From the IMG/VR virus record IMGVR_UViG_3300046411_001024: a DNA stretch of 64,000 nucleotides; one strand, given 5' to 3'. This document shows, in pieces, positions 18,893-27,349 of this stretch (position 1 is its first letter; each line of letters opens with the position of its first letter). A program made the translations under genes and the position numbers. Below the pieces are notes generated by a model. It made no database searches, was not told where the DNA came from, and worked only from the letters and a program-made list of their open reading frames with translations. This stretch comes from an uncultured virus (IMG/VR IMGVR_UViG_3300046411_001024) (taxonomy: Duplodnaviria; Heunggongvirae; Uroviricota; Caudoviricetes).

Positions 18893-19447
18893 TTAAGATT
18901 TCAGGTCGTTTTTAATAATAGACTCAAGCAACTTACCATATGCTGGGTTAGTTGAGAATGATTCTAGATAGTGTACCAGTATATGTGCATCCTCACCTCG
19001 ATCCCTAGCATCCCTCAGCTTTTCATAAAAGTGTAAATCGTTCAGTATCCTTACTAAGTCAAAGGCACTATGACATTTAGTCTGATATGCTTTGACACCC
19101 CAGCCATGCCATTCATTATGATGGGTGACTGGTTTTACATGAGGAGTTTGTTCATTCCATGTACGAATACCAAATAGATTGTTTGCTTCATGTGCGAAGC
19201 GAGATGTACCATAACCAGATTCTAGTATGGCTTGTGCTATAATTAGTTCTTTTGGGAAATGACGATGATTGGGTTCTTGCCTGTATATACTGTCAACACA
19301 CAGAGACATTGAAACTATAAATGCCTTCTTATCTGTATTTACTATTGTGGGGTAAGACCAGCTGGCATATGCTTGAGTTGCCATTGATACTGCTACTCCC
19401 ATAAATAACAGAGTTATCATTATAAGGATTTGTTTCGCTACTTTCAT
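18893..19447 (-). CDS. Glucosaminidase (GH73) domain protein with N-terminal signal/anchor
   Basis: IAQAILESGYGTSRFA..ANNLFGI and FSTNPAY motifs. Confidence 0.88.
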   Translation of the reverse strand: MKVAKQILIMITLLFMGVAVSMATQAYASWSYPTIVNTDKKAFIVSMSLCVDSIYRQEPNHRHFPKELIIAQAILESGYGTSRFAHEANNLFGIRTWNEQTPHVKPVTHHNEWHGWGVKAYQTKCHSAFDLVRILNDLHFYEKLRDARDRGEDAHILVHYLESFSTNPAYGKLLESIIKNDLKS

Positions 19448-19480
19448 AGTGACCTCCTTTCGTGATGTAAAGAGTATTTA

Positions 19481-19999
19481 TTAAATTAAAATATGCACTC
19501 TCTTTATCAGTGACACTAATTCTCTAATTCTTACAATATCAGGATGTCTGTCATTTAGGTGTACACCCATAGCTATGGCGACTGCTTGACGCACATCACC
19601 CTCCATAAAGTGCTTGCCTTCATTAACTAAGTTAAGTTCTGGTGCACCATACATGTCACCATCTCCATGCTCTGTGAAGTCTTTGATAGCTTTATGAACC
19701 AGCTTTAGTATATTATCTCGTTCATCGTTCAATCCTAACTTATTAAAGTCCATAATAGATTGAGTGATATCATGTACGAGGTCACGAGCATTAATAGTTA
19801 ATGCTGCTGCCAAACAATATACATCCCTTAACGATCTTTCTTCATCCCTGAGTGCGATTAGTTCTTCTCTTACTTCATCAGCAAAATGTGGACAACCAAC
19901 CGAATAGTTCATAAACCATTCATCAATCTTATGTTCTGGACTGTTTAATTGGTCAATAATATCGCCCTCTTCTCCGAGTTTCCAGTTATCTTCTACCAT
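19481..19999 (-). CDS. Hypothetical protein, possibly AhpD-like
   Basis: 172 aa; weak resemblance to the AhpD N-terminus; next to a peroxiredoxin; no CxxC. Confidence 0.6.
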   Translation of the reverse strand: MVEDNWKLGEEGDIIDQLNSPEHKIDEWFMNYSVGCPHFADEVREELIALRDEERSLRDVYCLAAALTINARDLVHDITQSIMDFNKLGLNDERDNILKLVHKAIKDFTEHGDGDMYGAPELNLVNEGKHFMEGDVRQAVAIAMGVHLNDRHPDIVRIRELVSLIKRVHILI

Positions 20000-20163
20000 C
20001 CCCCATCATCCATTTCTTTGTTCTTCTTTTTGAAAGAGAAGAATTTTTTAAGTCCACCTGATAATCCCCATAGGGTAAACCAGCCAGTGTTAATTAAAAA
20101 AACAAGGACTAGGAATACCATAGCAAAGTCAACTAGACCTGCTTGTAAATATCCATACTCCAT
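19993..20163 (-). CDS. Small membrane protein (56 aa)
   Basis: Hand translation MEYGYLQAGLVDFAMVFLVLVFLINTGWFTLWGLSGGLKKFF... Confidence 0.55.
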   Translation of the reverse strand: MEYGYLQAGLVDFAMVFLVLVFLINTGWFTLWGLSGGLKKFFSFKKKNKEMDDGGW

Positions 20164-20164
20164 G

Positions 20165-20677
20165 TTAATTTGCCTTTATATGTTTAAGTGCTTCAAGCAT
20201 TTTTTCAGCACCAGATACTTCAAAAGGATCTTGAATTGGACATGCTTCTGGGTATCCCCACTCGGCATATCGTAATTTAATCTCCCCATTCTTAACATAC
20301 ATACTGTATCGCCAAGACCTTTCACCGAATCCTCTATTAGTAAAGTCATTCAGCATACCTGTACTTCTAGCAAAGTCAGCATTGCCATCAGGCAAAGGTT
20401 TTACTTTGGTAATCCCTTGTTGGTCAAACCACGCATTCATTACGAAAGAATCATTTACAGCTGTACAATAAACTTCATCCATACCCAAGTCCTTGAAGTT
20501 ATCATATAACTCCTCAAACTTTGGCAACTGAAAAGCTGAACATGTAGGTGTAAATGCTCCAGGCAATCCAAAAACTACCACATCCTTGTCATTAAACAAG
20601 TCTTGAGTTCTTTTCAAAACCCAATCATTATCTTCACGCATATAGAACACTTGGTCGGTTAAACGAGTTCCTTCCAT
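20165..20677 (-). CDS. Peroxiredoxin (Prx5/redoxin type)
   Basis: LPGAFTPTCS active site; VNDSFVMNAW; RSWRYSM. Confidence 0.95.
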   Translation of the reverse strand: MEGTRLTDQVFYMREDNDWVLKRTQDLFNDKDVVVFGLPGAFTPTCSAFQLPKFEELYDNFKDLGMDEVYCTAVNDSFVMNAWFDQQGITKVKPLPDGNADFARSTGMLNDFTNRGFGERSWRYSMYVKNGEIKLRYAEWGYPEACPIQDPFEVSGAEKMLEALKHIKAN

Positions 20678-20678
20678 T

Positions 20679-21329
20679 TTAGTTCTCCTTCATTTTTCTA
20701 TAAGTTTTTCTTAGATCTAAAAAATCCTCAATGTAGTCATCCCTTTTAGCATCTAGTAATTGTATGCCTTGGTCTTCAACATTAATGATTAGTAGCATTC
20801 TTTCAATAGGAGTGCCAGTCCTTTCTTCATACATGACAGCATAAGCTGAACACTGCATAAAATAATCTTTGACCCATTCCCTCTTCTTCATTTTAGCAGA
20901 GGTCTTGAAGTCAATTACTGTTAGTTTCCCTTCATATTCAGCTATACAATCTACAGTACCTGCAGTTTCAAGATGGTCTGAATATAATTGAGTTTCTAAA
21001 CAGTGAATGTTATTAATTTTATCGAGATATGGTATCATCTGACCGAAATCTTGTTTGCTGAAATCGTCAGATAAATCACCCTCGTTGAGTAAATACTTCT
21101 CAGCTAAGTGATGTATCTTATTACCACGAGCGAGTGCTCGTCTAGATATTTTACTAGCTTCTACTTCACCCACTTTATCTTTCCATGCTTGGATAGATTC
21201 CATGTTTTGTAGTCTAGTAATAGATGTCACTGAAGGATACTTAGCACCAGTGGGAGTTTCATAATATCTCCCACCTTCAGCATTTACCTGCTTCAGTTTA
21301 CCCACTTCAATTGGTACATGATTAAACAT
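20679..21329 (-). CDS. PD-(D/E)XK exonuclease (Cas4-like, T4-like phage type)
   Basis: YPSVTS, AGTVDCIAEY, VIDFKTS, YFMQCSAYA motifs. Confidence 0.9.
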   Translation of the reverse strand: MFNHVPIEVGKLKQVNAEGGRYYETPTGAKYPSVTSITRLQNMESIQAWKDKVGEVEASKISRRALARGNKIHHLAEKYLLNEGDLSDDFSKQDFGQMIPYLDKINNIHCLETQLYSDHLETAGTVDCIAEYEGKLTVIDFKTSAKMKKREWVKDYFMQCSAYAVMYEERTGTPIERMLLIINVEDQGIQLLDAKRDDYIEDFLDLRKTYRKMKEN

Positions 21330-21334
21330 AATAT

Positions 21335-21562
21335 TTACTTCTTAATATCAATCGGCTTTCCGTTTTTGTCCTTATGAAATCTATCATCCCACTTGGACTG
21401 GTTTCGTCGATATTTGTATATGATAGTCTTTACTTTCTTAAAAAGCAAATCCTTATACTTCTTCAAGTGCAACCATAAGTCTTTCAGCACGATTTGGTAC
21501 CTGTTTGTGCCAACGACTATCTCTTCCTTCAATTGCTGCCTGTTTCCAGTCACCTGCTTCAA
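21335..21562 (-). CDS. Hypothetical basic protein (start uncertain)
   Basis: The 3' part fills the gap between lysozyme and exonuclease; the 5' part overlaps lysozyme. Confidence 0.4.
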   Translation of the reverse strand: MKQVTGNRQQLKEEIVVGTNRYQIVLKDLWLHLKKYKDLLFKKVKTIIYKYRRNQSKWDDRFHKDKNGKPIDIKK

Positions 21563-21899
21563 CTGCTTTTTTCATGTTTTTGAACTTACCAAGTCTTGGT
21601 GCTCCCATGTTAAAACACATGTTGATTAGGACTCTCTGTACAGTATCAGGATAGCTTTCGATATCAGGATATACTTTCTTCACTTCCGTGACGAACTTTT
21701 CTACATCAGTATCGAATACTTCCCAGCAACGATCTTCAGATACAGCAGTTCCTACAGCTTTACCATGTTCTTCGTCATCTTCTGTGACGAGGTGTCCGAT
21801 ACCAAATGTAGGATAACCGAGATGGTCGTTGTATATTTCGAATTTAACTCCTTCATCGCGAATGAGTTCTTCTCTTAGTTTCTCTCTGTCAAATGACAT
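21453..21899 (-). CDS. Endolysin, T4-lysozyme (GH24) family
   Basis: DEG..IYNDHLGYPTFGIGHL (E-D-T triad), NMCFNMG, DSRWHKQVPNRA; AAGGAG RBS before 21899. Confidence 0.93.
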   Translation of the reverse strand: MSFDREKLREELIRDEGVKFEIYNDHLGYPTFGIGHLVTEDDEEHGKAVGTAVSEDRCWEVFDTDVEKFVTEVKKVYPDIESYPDTVQRVLINMCFNMGAPRLGKFKNMKKAVEAGDWKQAAIEGRDSRWHKQVPNRAERLMVALEEV

Positions 21900-21945
21900 T
21901 GATTTACTCCTTTGTTGTAAAATCTTTATAAAGGTGCCAGGGATG

Positions 21946-22015
21946 AAATGGTACAACTTTCGCATTCCTGCGAATAGCATTCCTCTTACGAAAACGAAGA
22001 GGTTGTTTACCATTT
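21946..22015 (-). ncRNA. Candidate three-way-junction RNA in the endolysin leader
   Basis: AAATGGTA.ACAAC/GTTGTACCATTT stem enclosing CCTCTT/AAGAGG and TTCGCA/TGCGAA hairpins. Confidence 0.5.
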
Positions 22016-22025
22016 ACTGCTCCAC

Positions 22026-22256
22026 TTACACCTTTAATTTCTTTTTTGCTTTTTTAATTGCAGCAATTAACTTTGCTTTGGTTTGTCTTTTGTCTAGTTC
22101 AACACCAATCTTACGACCAAGTGCTTCGAGCTCGTCTTTAGTTTTCTTTTCAAGATACTTAAAGTCTTCTTTATCAAGAACACCATCTTTGTTTGTATCA
22201 AGAACAGGAAACAATTTTGCTCCTACACATTTCAACCAATCAATAACTTTTTGCAT
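22026..22256 (-). CDS. Small protein with an EF-hand-like loop
   Basis: DTNKDGVLDKED loop plus a basic helical C-terminus. Confidence 0.75.
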   Translation of the reverse strand: MQKVIDWLKCVGAKLFPVLDTNKDGVLDKEDFKYLEKKTKDELEALGRKIGVELDKRQTKAKLIAAIKKAKKKLKV

Positions 22257-22271
22257 AATATCTCCTTTTAG

Positions 22272-22397
22272 TTATTTTGTATTAATTTTTGAAAGCCAAC
22301 CTTTTACAGTTGTTTCAATCCAACTCGCCCAAAAGGGTTGTGGAAAATTCCAGCCGATGAAAGCACCAACTGCAATCCAGAATAGAATATCTAACAT
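22272..22397 (-). CDS. Small membrane protein (41 aa)
   Basis: MLDILFWIAVGAFIGWNFPQPFWASWIETTVKGWLSKINTK; AAGGAG RBS. Confidence 0.7.
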   Translation of the reverse strand: MLDILFWIAVGAFIGWNFPQPFWASWIETTVKGWLSKINTK

Positions 22398-23152
22398 TAT
22401 CGTTTACTCCTTGTTTGTTTAGGTTTAGCATCTTCAGATTTAATCTTAGCAATGATATATTCTTTTACTAAGTCACTTCTGACGATGTCGTTTACTGTAA
22501 ACTCGACACGAGCATAACTATTCATATGCCTTACTATCTCCATGAAATTAAAAAGACCTTCCCTTTCGGTGCCCTTTCTTAAATCAGTTTGGCGATAGTC
22601 GCCACAAAACACAATACGAGAATGGTCGCCCACCCTTGTAATAATTGTGTCAAGTTCCTCCCAGTTTAGATTTTGACATTCGTCCACTATTACTACAGTG
22701 TCATCAAATGTTAATCCCCTGACGAAAGATGTTGAAGCAAAATCTAAATTGTGTTGCGTCATCAACCTATCGTATGGGTCAGGATAAACCAGATTATCTA
22801 CTTTCTTAGCGAACAATGCCGATGCTATATGTTTATATGGCAGTTGATATTGTTCTAGCTTTTCTTCTAGATCTCCTGGCAAATGACCAATCTCTCTACT
22901 TTGTACAGCAGATCGAATAATCAAAACTTTCTCAAACTCTTTATTCAGTACAGACTCTAATGCTTTATACATCGCAATATAAGTTTTACCTGTACCAGCT
23001 ACACCATGAGCCATAATGATTTGTTTACTTTTATCATTATAGAAGTCAAAAAACTTTTTCTGACTATCGTTGAGAGGATCGACTCGTTTGAGATCGGCGA
23101 TCTTCAACTTTGCTTTAGCAGATGGAGCATCTGCTTTTTTCGCTCTGGGCAT
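22397..23152 (-). CDS. phoH: PhoH-like ATPase
   Basis: GVAGTGKT Walker A, GHLPGDLEEK, RGLTFD, DECQN, GDYRQTDL. Confidence 0.95.
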   Translation of the reverse strand: MPRAKKADAPSAKAKLKIADLKRVDPLNDSQKKFFDFYNDKSKQIIMAHGVAGTGKTYIAMYKALESVLNKEFEKVLIIRSAVQSREIGHLPGDLEEKLEQYQLPYKHIASALFAKKVDNLVYPDPYDRLMTQHNLDFASTSFVRGLTFDDTVVIVDECQNLNWEELDTIITRVGDHSRIVFCGDYRQTDLRKGTEREGLFNFMEIVRHMNSYARVEFTVNDIVRSDLVKEYIIAKIKSEDAKPKQTRSKR

Positions 23153-23153
23153 A

Positions 23154-23402
23154 TTAAAATACTTCTGTGTTTATCTTACTTCCAGGATTTTTAGTTCTTA
23201 CTCTTTCAAGTACATCTCTAAATCCTGTTGCTTTTTTTCTAGCATCTGTTCCTGCTAGGATACCTGCTTCTCCGATATTTGGTGCAGATATCATAGATTC
23301 CCAATCTTTATTGGTTTCTAAATACTTTACTTTGTCATCATAACTACAAAATAATTCTTTTACTTCGCCAGTCTTTTTATTTTTTACATTATATAAAGGC
23401 AT
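23154..23402 (-). CDS. Conserved small phage protein (FmdB-like)
   Basis: MPLYNVKNKKTGE..GFRDVL..NPGS pattern. Confidence 0.7.
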   Translation of the reverse strand: MPLYNVKNKKTGEVKELFCSYDDKVKYLETNKDWESMISAPNIGEAGILAGTDARKKATGFRDVLERVRTKNPGSKINTEVF

Positions 23403-23403
23403 A

Positions 23404-24483
23404 TTATACTGCTTCCTTTAAAGGTTTACTGAGTTCATCCCAGTCTAATTCATAATCACTATCACTTTCACTGTATTTCAGCACTCCTAGTTTTTCATAT
23501 CCAGGAATAACTTCTTCAGGAAGTAATCCAATTTTTTTCAGGTTAGGCATTATTCTACTGAACAATACTTCTTGAAACTGTGTTTGAAATAAATTTTCTT
23601 TTGAATATTCTTCAGTTGCTACTAAATCTAATCCATATTTTTTCCATACTTCAAAAGGTCTTAATCTATTTCTTGATACTGTACATGCTTCAAGTGCAAA
23701 CTTAGCACGATCTAATACTTCTTCTTCTGATAAAGTTTTAACAAACTCATGTAAATAATTAATACCAAAAGTCACATGCCTAGCTTCATCTCTAATAATT
23801 AATCCAATCATCTCTTTATATACTGGGTCACGACTTGATTCTTTTGAAGCATTAAATGCTGCGAGTGCGAGTCCTTCAATAATTACTTGCATTCCGATAA
23901 ACTTTAAATCCCATCTTGGGTCAGTAAGTATTTTATCTAGTAAAGTTTTCAGACCAGTTCCTATTGGCCAACTCGTTTTAATTCTTGTCTGTAAATATTT
24001 GTTAAATGCTTCTACATGTCTTGCTTCGTCAAAGGTTTGACTTGCTGCATACAACTTTGCGTTGAATGTTGGAGCACAGGATGCTAACTGACTTGCTACA
24101 AGTAAAGCACCTTGCTCACCATGTAAAAACTGACTAAGTGCCCATGCGTTTTGGTCATGTAAAAATGCTTTTCGTTTCTTTGTATCCCAGCCTTTATACA
24201 TTTCATGTTCAGTCCATTGATTATCTTCAAACTCAAACTCTTCATCAGTGATACCTTCAAACTCTGGCGACCAATCAACATCAACCTCTACATTCCAGTT
24301 TAACTCCTTGCCTAATTCATACAACTTACGAATGCGATTATCTTGTACTGTATAATCCCAGTTATATGAGCCAGTCAGTGGAGTCTGAAATATCTCGACA
24401 ACATCAGTTGGTTCTAGTTTTTTTGGATATTCACCATCGAAATCACGAACTTCTTTGGGTGTGGTAGTCTTTATAATTTTCAT
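23404..24483 (-). CDS. Ferritin-like diiron oxygenase (AurF-like)
   Basis: SQFLHGEQGAL, DEARH twice, IEGLALAAF. Confidence 0.88.
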   Translation of the reverse strand: MKIIKTTTPKEVRDFDGEYPKKLEPTDVVEIFQTPLTGSYNWDYTVQDNRIRKLYELGKELNWNVEVDVDWSPEFEGITDEEFEFEDNQWTEHEMYKGWDTKKRKAFLHDQNAWALSQFLHGEQGALLVASQLASCAPTFNAKLYAASQTFDEARHVEAFNKYLQTRIKTSWPIGTGLKTLLDKILTDPRWDLKFIGMQVIIEGLALAAFNASKESSRDPVYKEMIGLIIRDEARHVTFGINYLHEFVKTLSEEEVLDRAKFALEACTVSRNRLRPFEVWKKYGLDLVATEEYSKENLFQTQFQEVLFSRIMPNLKKIGLLPEEVIPGYEKLGVLKYSESDSDYELDWDELSKPLKEAV

Positions 24484-24488
24484 TACTA

Positions 24489-24496
24489 TATTTATA
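24489..24496 (-). promoter_or_regulatory. T4-type late promoter TATAAATA
   Basis: Exact consensus, 5 nt upstream of the diiron-protein ATG. Confidence 0.7.
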
Positions 24497-24629
24497 ACTC
24501 TTCTATCGGTGGTAAGTGTTTCTTTTTATTAGGCACAACCTGACTTCTATACTTGGGTGTGCGTAGTTCTTTGGCAACAGGGTCTCTACTCCGAATATCT
24601 TTTATTGACTTGCGAGTGTTTTTCTTCAT
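24492..24629 (-). CDS. Small basic protein (45 aa), ArfA-like pattern
   Basis: Hand translation MKKNTRKSIKDIRSRDPVAKELRTPKYRSQVVPNKKKHLPPIEEL; fills the gap. Confidence 0.55.
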   Translation of the reverse strand: MKKNTRKSIKDIRSRDPVAKELRTPKYRSQVVPNKKKHLPPIEEL

Positions 24630-25161
24630 CTGCCCTTACCTTTTTAATTACATCTGTTAGTTTCGCACTCTTTTTTAATTTGTAATAATCTATCGCTATC
24701 TGTGGTGCGTCGACATTTTCAGTTTGTCCAGACTCTACCATATGTAAATATTGTGTATAACTTTTTACTGCTTCCTCTTCAAAATAATGTGTCATACGAT
24801 GAGCAGTTTTAGGAAAGAAAATATATAGTAGTAAATAAAAAATAATAAAAATAAACTGAGCAAATAAAACTATGTATCGTTCTAACCATGATGGTTTTGC
24901 GATATCAATAAAAATCATTAGATGCATTCTTTCATTCTCAGCTTCATCCATCATCTCGCGAATCTTTGGACCCAAGCCACTCTTCATCTTACGAAGAGAT
25001 TTCATATGTAGCCAAACACCAGCAACCATTCCAGGAACTGCAGCAACAGTTTCTAATACGACTGCACGATGCCCATACCTTTTAGCAAAAAAAGTATCGG
25101 CTATGAAACGAAAGAACATAGTCATGCTCTTCGCAAACTTATCTTTAATTATTTCCCCCAT
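24586..25161 (-). CDS. aox: Alternative oxidase (ubiquinol oxidase)
   Basis: LETVAAVPGMV, EAENERMHL, FEEEAVKSY, RADEEKH diiron motifs. Confidence 0.96.
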   Translation of the reverse strand: MGEIIKDKFAKSMTMFFRFIADTFFAKRYGHRAVVLETVAAVPGMVAGVWLHMKSLRKMKSGLGPKIREMMDEAENERMHLMIFIDIAKPSWLERYIVLFAQFIFIIFYLLLYIFFPKTAHRMTHYFEEEAVKSYTQYLHMVESGQTENVDAPQIAIDYYKLKKSAKLTDVIKKVRADEEKHSQVNKRYSE

Positions 25162-25165
25162 TCAT

Positions 25166-25309
25166 TTAATGTCCTATATGCATCCCTAGTAATACCCCAA
25201 ATCCAAATATGAGCCAGTCAAACATAAAGTGCATGATAAAACTACCAACAAAAATAGTTTTCCAATGGCATTTACATATTTCTATTTGTTCACTAATTTT
25301 CTTCATCAT
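25166..25309 (-). CDS. Small membrane protein (47 aa)
   Basis: MMKKISEQIEICKCHWKTIFVGSFIMHFMFDWLIFGFGVLLGMHIGH. Confidence 0.55.
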   Translation of the reverse strand: MMKKISEQIEICKCHWKTIFVGSFIMHFMFDWLIFGFGVLLGMHIGH

Positions 25310-25940
25310 GATTAAAGTCCTGTATCATAGGAAAAACTTCTTCAATAGCATCAGCACATTCACTAGCTATATCCATGTGTTCTTTTTGAGTACCATTTGC
25401 AGTTCTTAGATCTATATAATGCATCCATGAACGCAATGTTCCATTCATATATAGGGTACTTTCAGTCATACCCTCAGGCAATATGGCTCTAGCTTGTTCT
25501 TTGGCTATACCTTTGCCGAGTGCTTCTGTATATAATTCCTTTACTCCTCTAATAAGTTTCATCTGTTGCATATTAAACCATTCTACAATCTCACGATCTT
25601 CAAACTCTGTAGAGTTTTGTCTGTTCTTTTTATCTTGCTCTCTAGCTTTACGAGTAGTGTAATCATTTGCTTCAGCATATCTTTGACTAAATTCCTGGAA
25701 AGAAAAACTTCTATGTCTCAATATTTGTCTAGCGATATCTCTTGTAGTTTTAATTTCTAAACATACTGATACCATTTCAAATGGTGACCAGTGTTTATGC
25801 TTCATCAAATATTTGAGTAGCTTTTCAGAAGTTTCTTCATTCGCTTGGTTCGATGGATTAGATACTCTTGCGCAATATGCAACTTCCTGTAATAAATCTC
25901 CATTTTGTCCTTTCGAGTATGATATTAATTTAACTGGCAT
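25293..25940 (-). CDS. thyX: FAD-dependent thymidylate synthase
   Basis: HWSPFE, RHRSFSFQEFSQRY, TQKEH; start set at MPVKLISYS. Confidence 0.96.
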   Translation of the reverse strand: MPVKLISYSKGQNGDLLQEVAYCARVSNPSNQANEETSEKLLKYLMKHKHWSPFEMVSVCLEIKTTRDIARQILRHRSFSFQEFSQRYAEANDYTTRKAREQDKKNRQNSTEFEDREIVEWFNMQQMKLIRGVKELYTEALGKGIAKEQARAILPEGMTESTLYMNGTLRSWMHYIDLRTANGTQKEHMDIASECADAIEEVFPMIQDFNHDEEN

Positions 25941-26502
25941 AACAAGCATTTGTTCCGTGTACTTCATCGTACCATGTAGGAACATCCCTCTTAGTCCATT
26001 TAGCGAAGTCTGCTTTGTATTTAATATAGTATTGACGATAAGCAACTATGCTATCATTATGTTTCACATCCTCAGGCATCGCTTGAGGAAATGGTGTTAG
26101 ACCCTGTCGTTTAATAGCTATGGGTGTAAACATCAATGCTTCACGCAGTAGTGTATCAGTTTTGTGTACTCTACCATAGCGATGCGTATATTCATCGCAG
26201 AGTGCAGTAAATAAATTGTATGCCCACATATAATTAGCATCAGTTTCTCGTACCCATATAGCACAAGGATGGTTCATCATGGTAGCACGATAAAGTACAT
26301 TTTCCATATTACTATTTTCCATGAGCCAATACTTAGTTTCTGTTTTACCTGATACCGATGGTCGTTTAGTTAGTTCGCCATCAAGCATACGATGGGCAGT
26401 AGAAAGTAGTTGGGCAGTTTCTAGTATCATTTTAACAACATGTTTGTCACAATGTTGTTTCGCAGCAACCACAGGATGCTGATGTAATGCAAAGATATTC
26501 AT
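25930..26502 (-). CDS. Pyrimidine-dimer DNA glycosylase-like (DenV family)
   Basis: MNIF.L..HCDKHVVKMILETAQLL, NHPC..W, EYTHRYGRVH. Confidence 0.8.
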   Translation of the reverse strand: MNIFALHQHPVVAAKQHCDKHVVKMILETAQLLSTAHRMLDGELTKRPSVSGKTETKYWLMENSNMENVLYRATMMNHPCAIWVRETDANYMWAYNLFTALCDEYTHRYGRVHKTDTLLREALMFTPIAIKRQGLTPFPQAMPEDVKHNDSIVAYRQYYIKYKADFAKWTKRDVPTWYDEVHGTNACYAS

Positions 26503-26711
26503 GTATTATCTCCTTCCGTGTAAGACGCAGTTTTCTGCATATCAAACACACCTTTCTGTTTTTTTGGTGGTGCGTTTTTATCTTTTACGATCTCACCAAG
26601 TCTATAAGTTTTTATCCTTTTATCTTGTAATGTAAAAATGCTCATAGCAACTATCGCCATAGCCAATGGGGTTAGTATTACAAGATATCCTTGTATTTCT
26701 TCAATACTCAT
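26499..26711 (-). CDS. Hypothetical membrane protein
   Basis: 70 aa with an N-terminal TM helix. Confidence 0.65.
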   Translation of the reverse strand: MSIEEIQGYLVILTPLAMAIVAMSIFTLQDKRIKTYRLGEIVKDKNAPPKKQKGVFDMQKTASYTEGDNT

Positions 26712-26719
26712 AGTTTCAC

Positions 26720-26881
26720 CTATTCATCTGTAGATATATCAATAGATTCTTCAAATTGTTTTCTAGCTTCTTTGCGTTTCTTTCGTTTATCTAGACGCAT
26801 TTCAACATCTACCCAAGCGATAGCACCACAAATAGTAATCAATCCGATAACTATTAAACTATCTAATATAGTCATAATCAT
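26720..26881 (-). CDS. Small membrane protein (53 aa)
   Basis: MIMTILDSLIVIGLITICGAIAWVDVEMRLDKRKKRKE... Confidence 0.55.
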   Translation of the reverse strand: MIMTILDSLIVIGLITICGAIAWVDVEMRLDKRKKRKEARKQFEESIDISTDE

Positions 26882-26905
26882 GTTATAATTCTAATTAATA
26901 AAAAC

Positions 26906-27343
26906 TTAAATGTCAAATCCATCAATATATGCCTGTAAGTCTTCCATATCCTGAGTTGACAGGTTTGCTGCCTGTCCCCACATTAATGCTGACTGGGCAC
27001 CTCTAGTTTCCCCAGCTTTATATTGCTCTAGCATCTTAACAATCGATGTAGATCCAGATAATTTTGGACCAATACCACCCTCGCCATTCATACCATGACA
27101 CATATTACAATTAACATATTTCTTAGCACCTCTATCAGCTGGTGTTTCTGATTGCATCGCTACTCGCTTTGCTTCAAGTTGCTCAGTAAATGTACCAAAC
27201 TTATTATGGTATTCTTCAAGACACTCACCTTGGCATCCATGAACATCAGTATATCCTTTGACATCTGCGTTGGCGTATGCTAAGTTCAATATCCAAAACA
27301 ATCCTATACTTCCGACTAGGAAAGCAGTTATTCCTTCTCTCAT
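26906..27343 (-). CDS. Class I cytochrome c (c553-like)
   Basis: Signal/anchor, CNMCH heme motif, GPKL, ALMWGQA axial Met region. Confidence 0.9.
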   Translation of the reverse strand: MREGITAFLVGSIGLFWILNLAYANADVKGYTDVHGCQGECLEEYHNKFGTFTEQLEAKRVAMQSETPADRGAKKYVNCNMCHGMNGEGGIGPKLSGSTSIVKMLEQYKAGETRGAQSALMWGQAANLSTQDMEDLQAYIDGFDI

Positions 27344-27349
27344 TTTATC

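Noticed and set aside
20679..21329. Cas4-like nuclease as a sign of a CRISPR system
   Set aside because: No repeat-spacer array or other cas gene was seen; this is the common stand-alone phage exonuclease.
21946..22015. Hammerhead ribozyme
   Set aside because: A three-way junction is present, but the CUGANGA core is missing on both strands.
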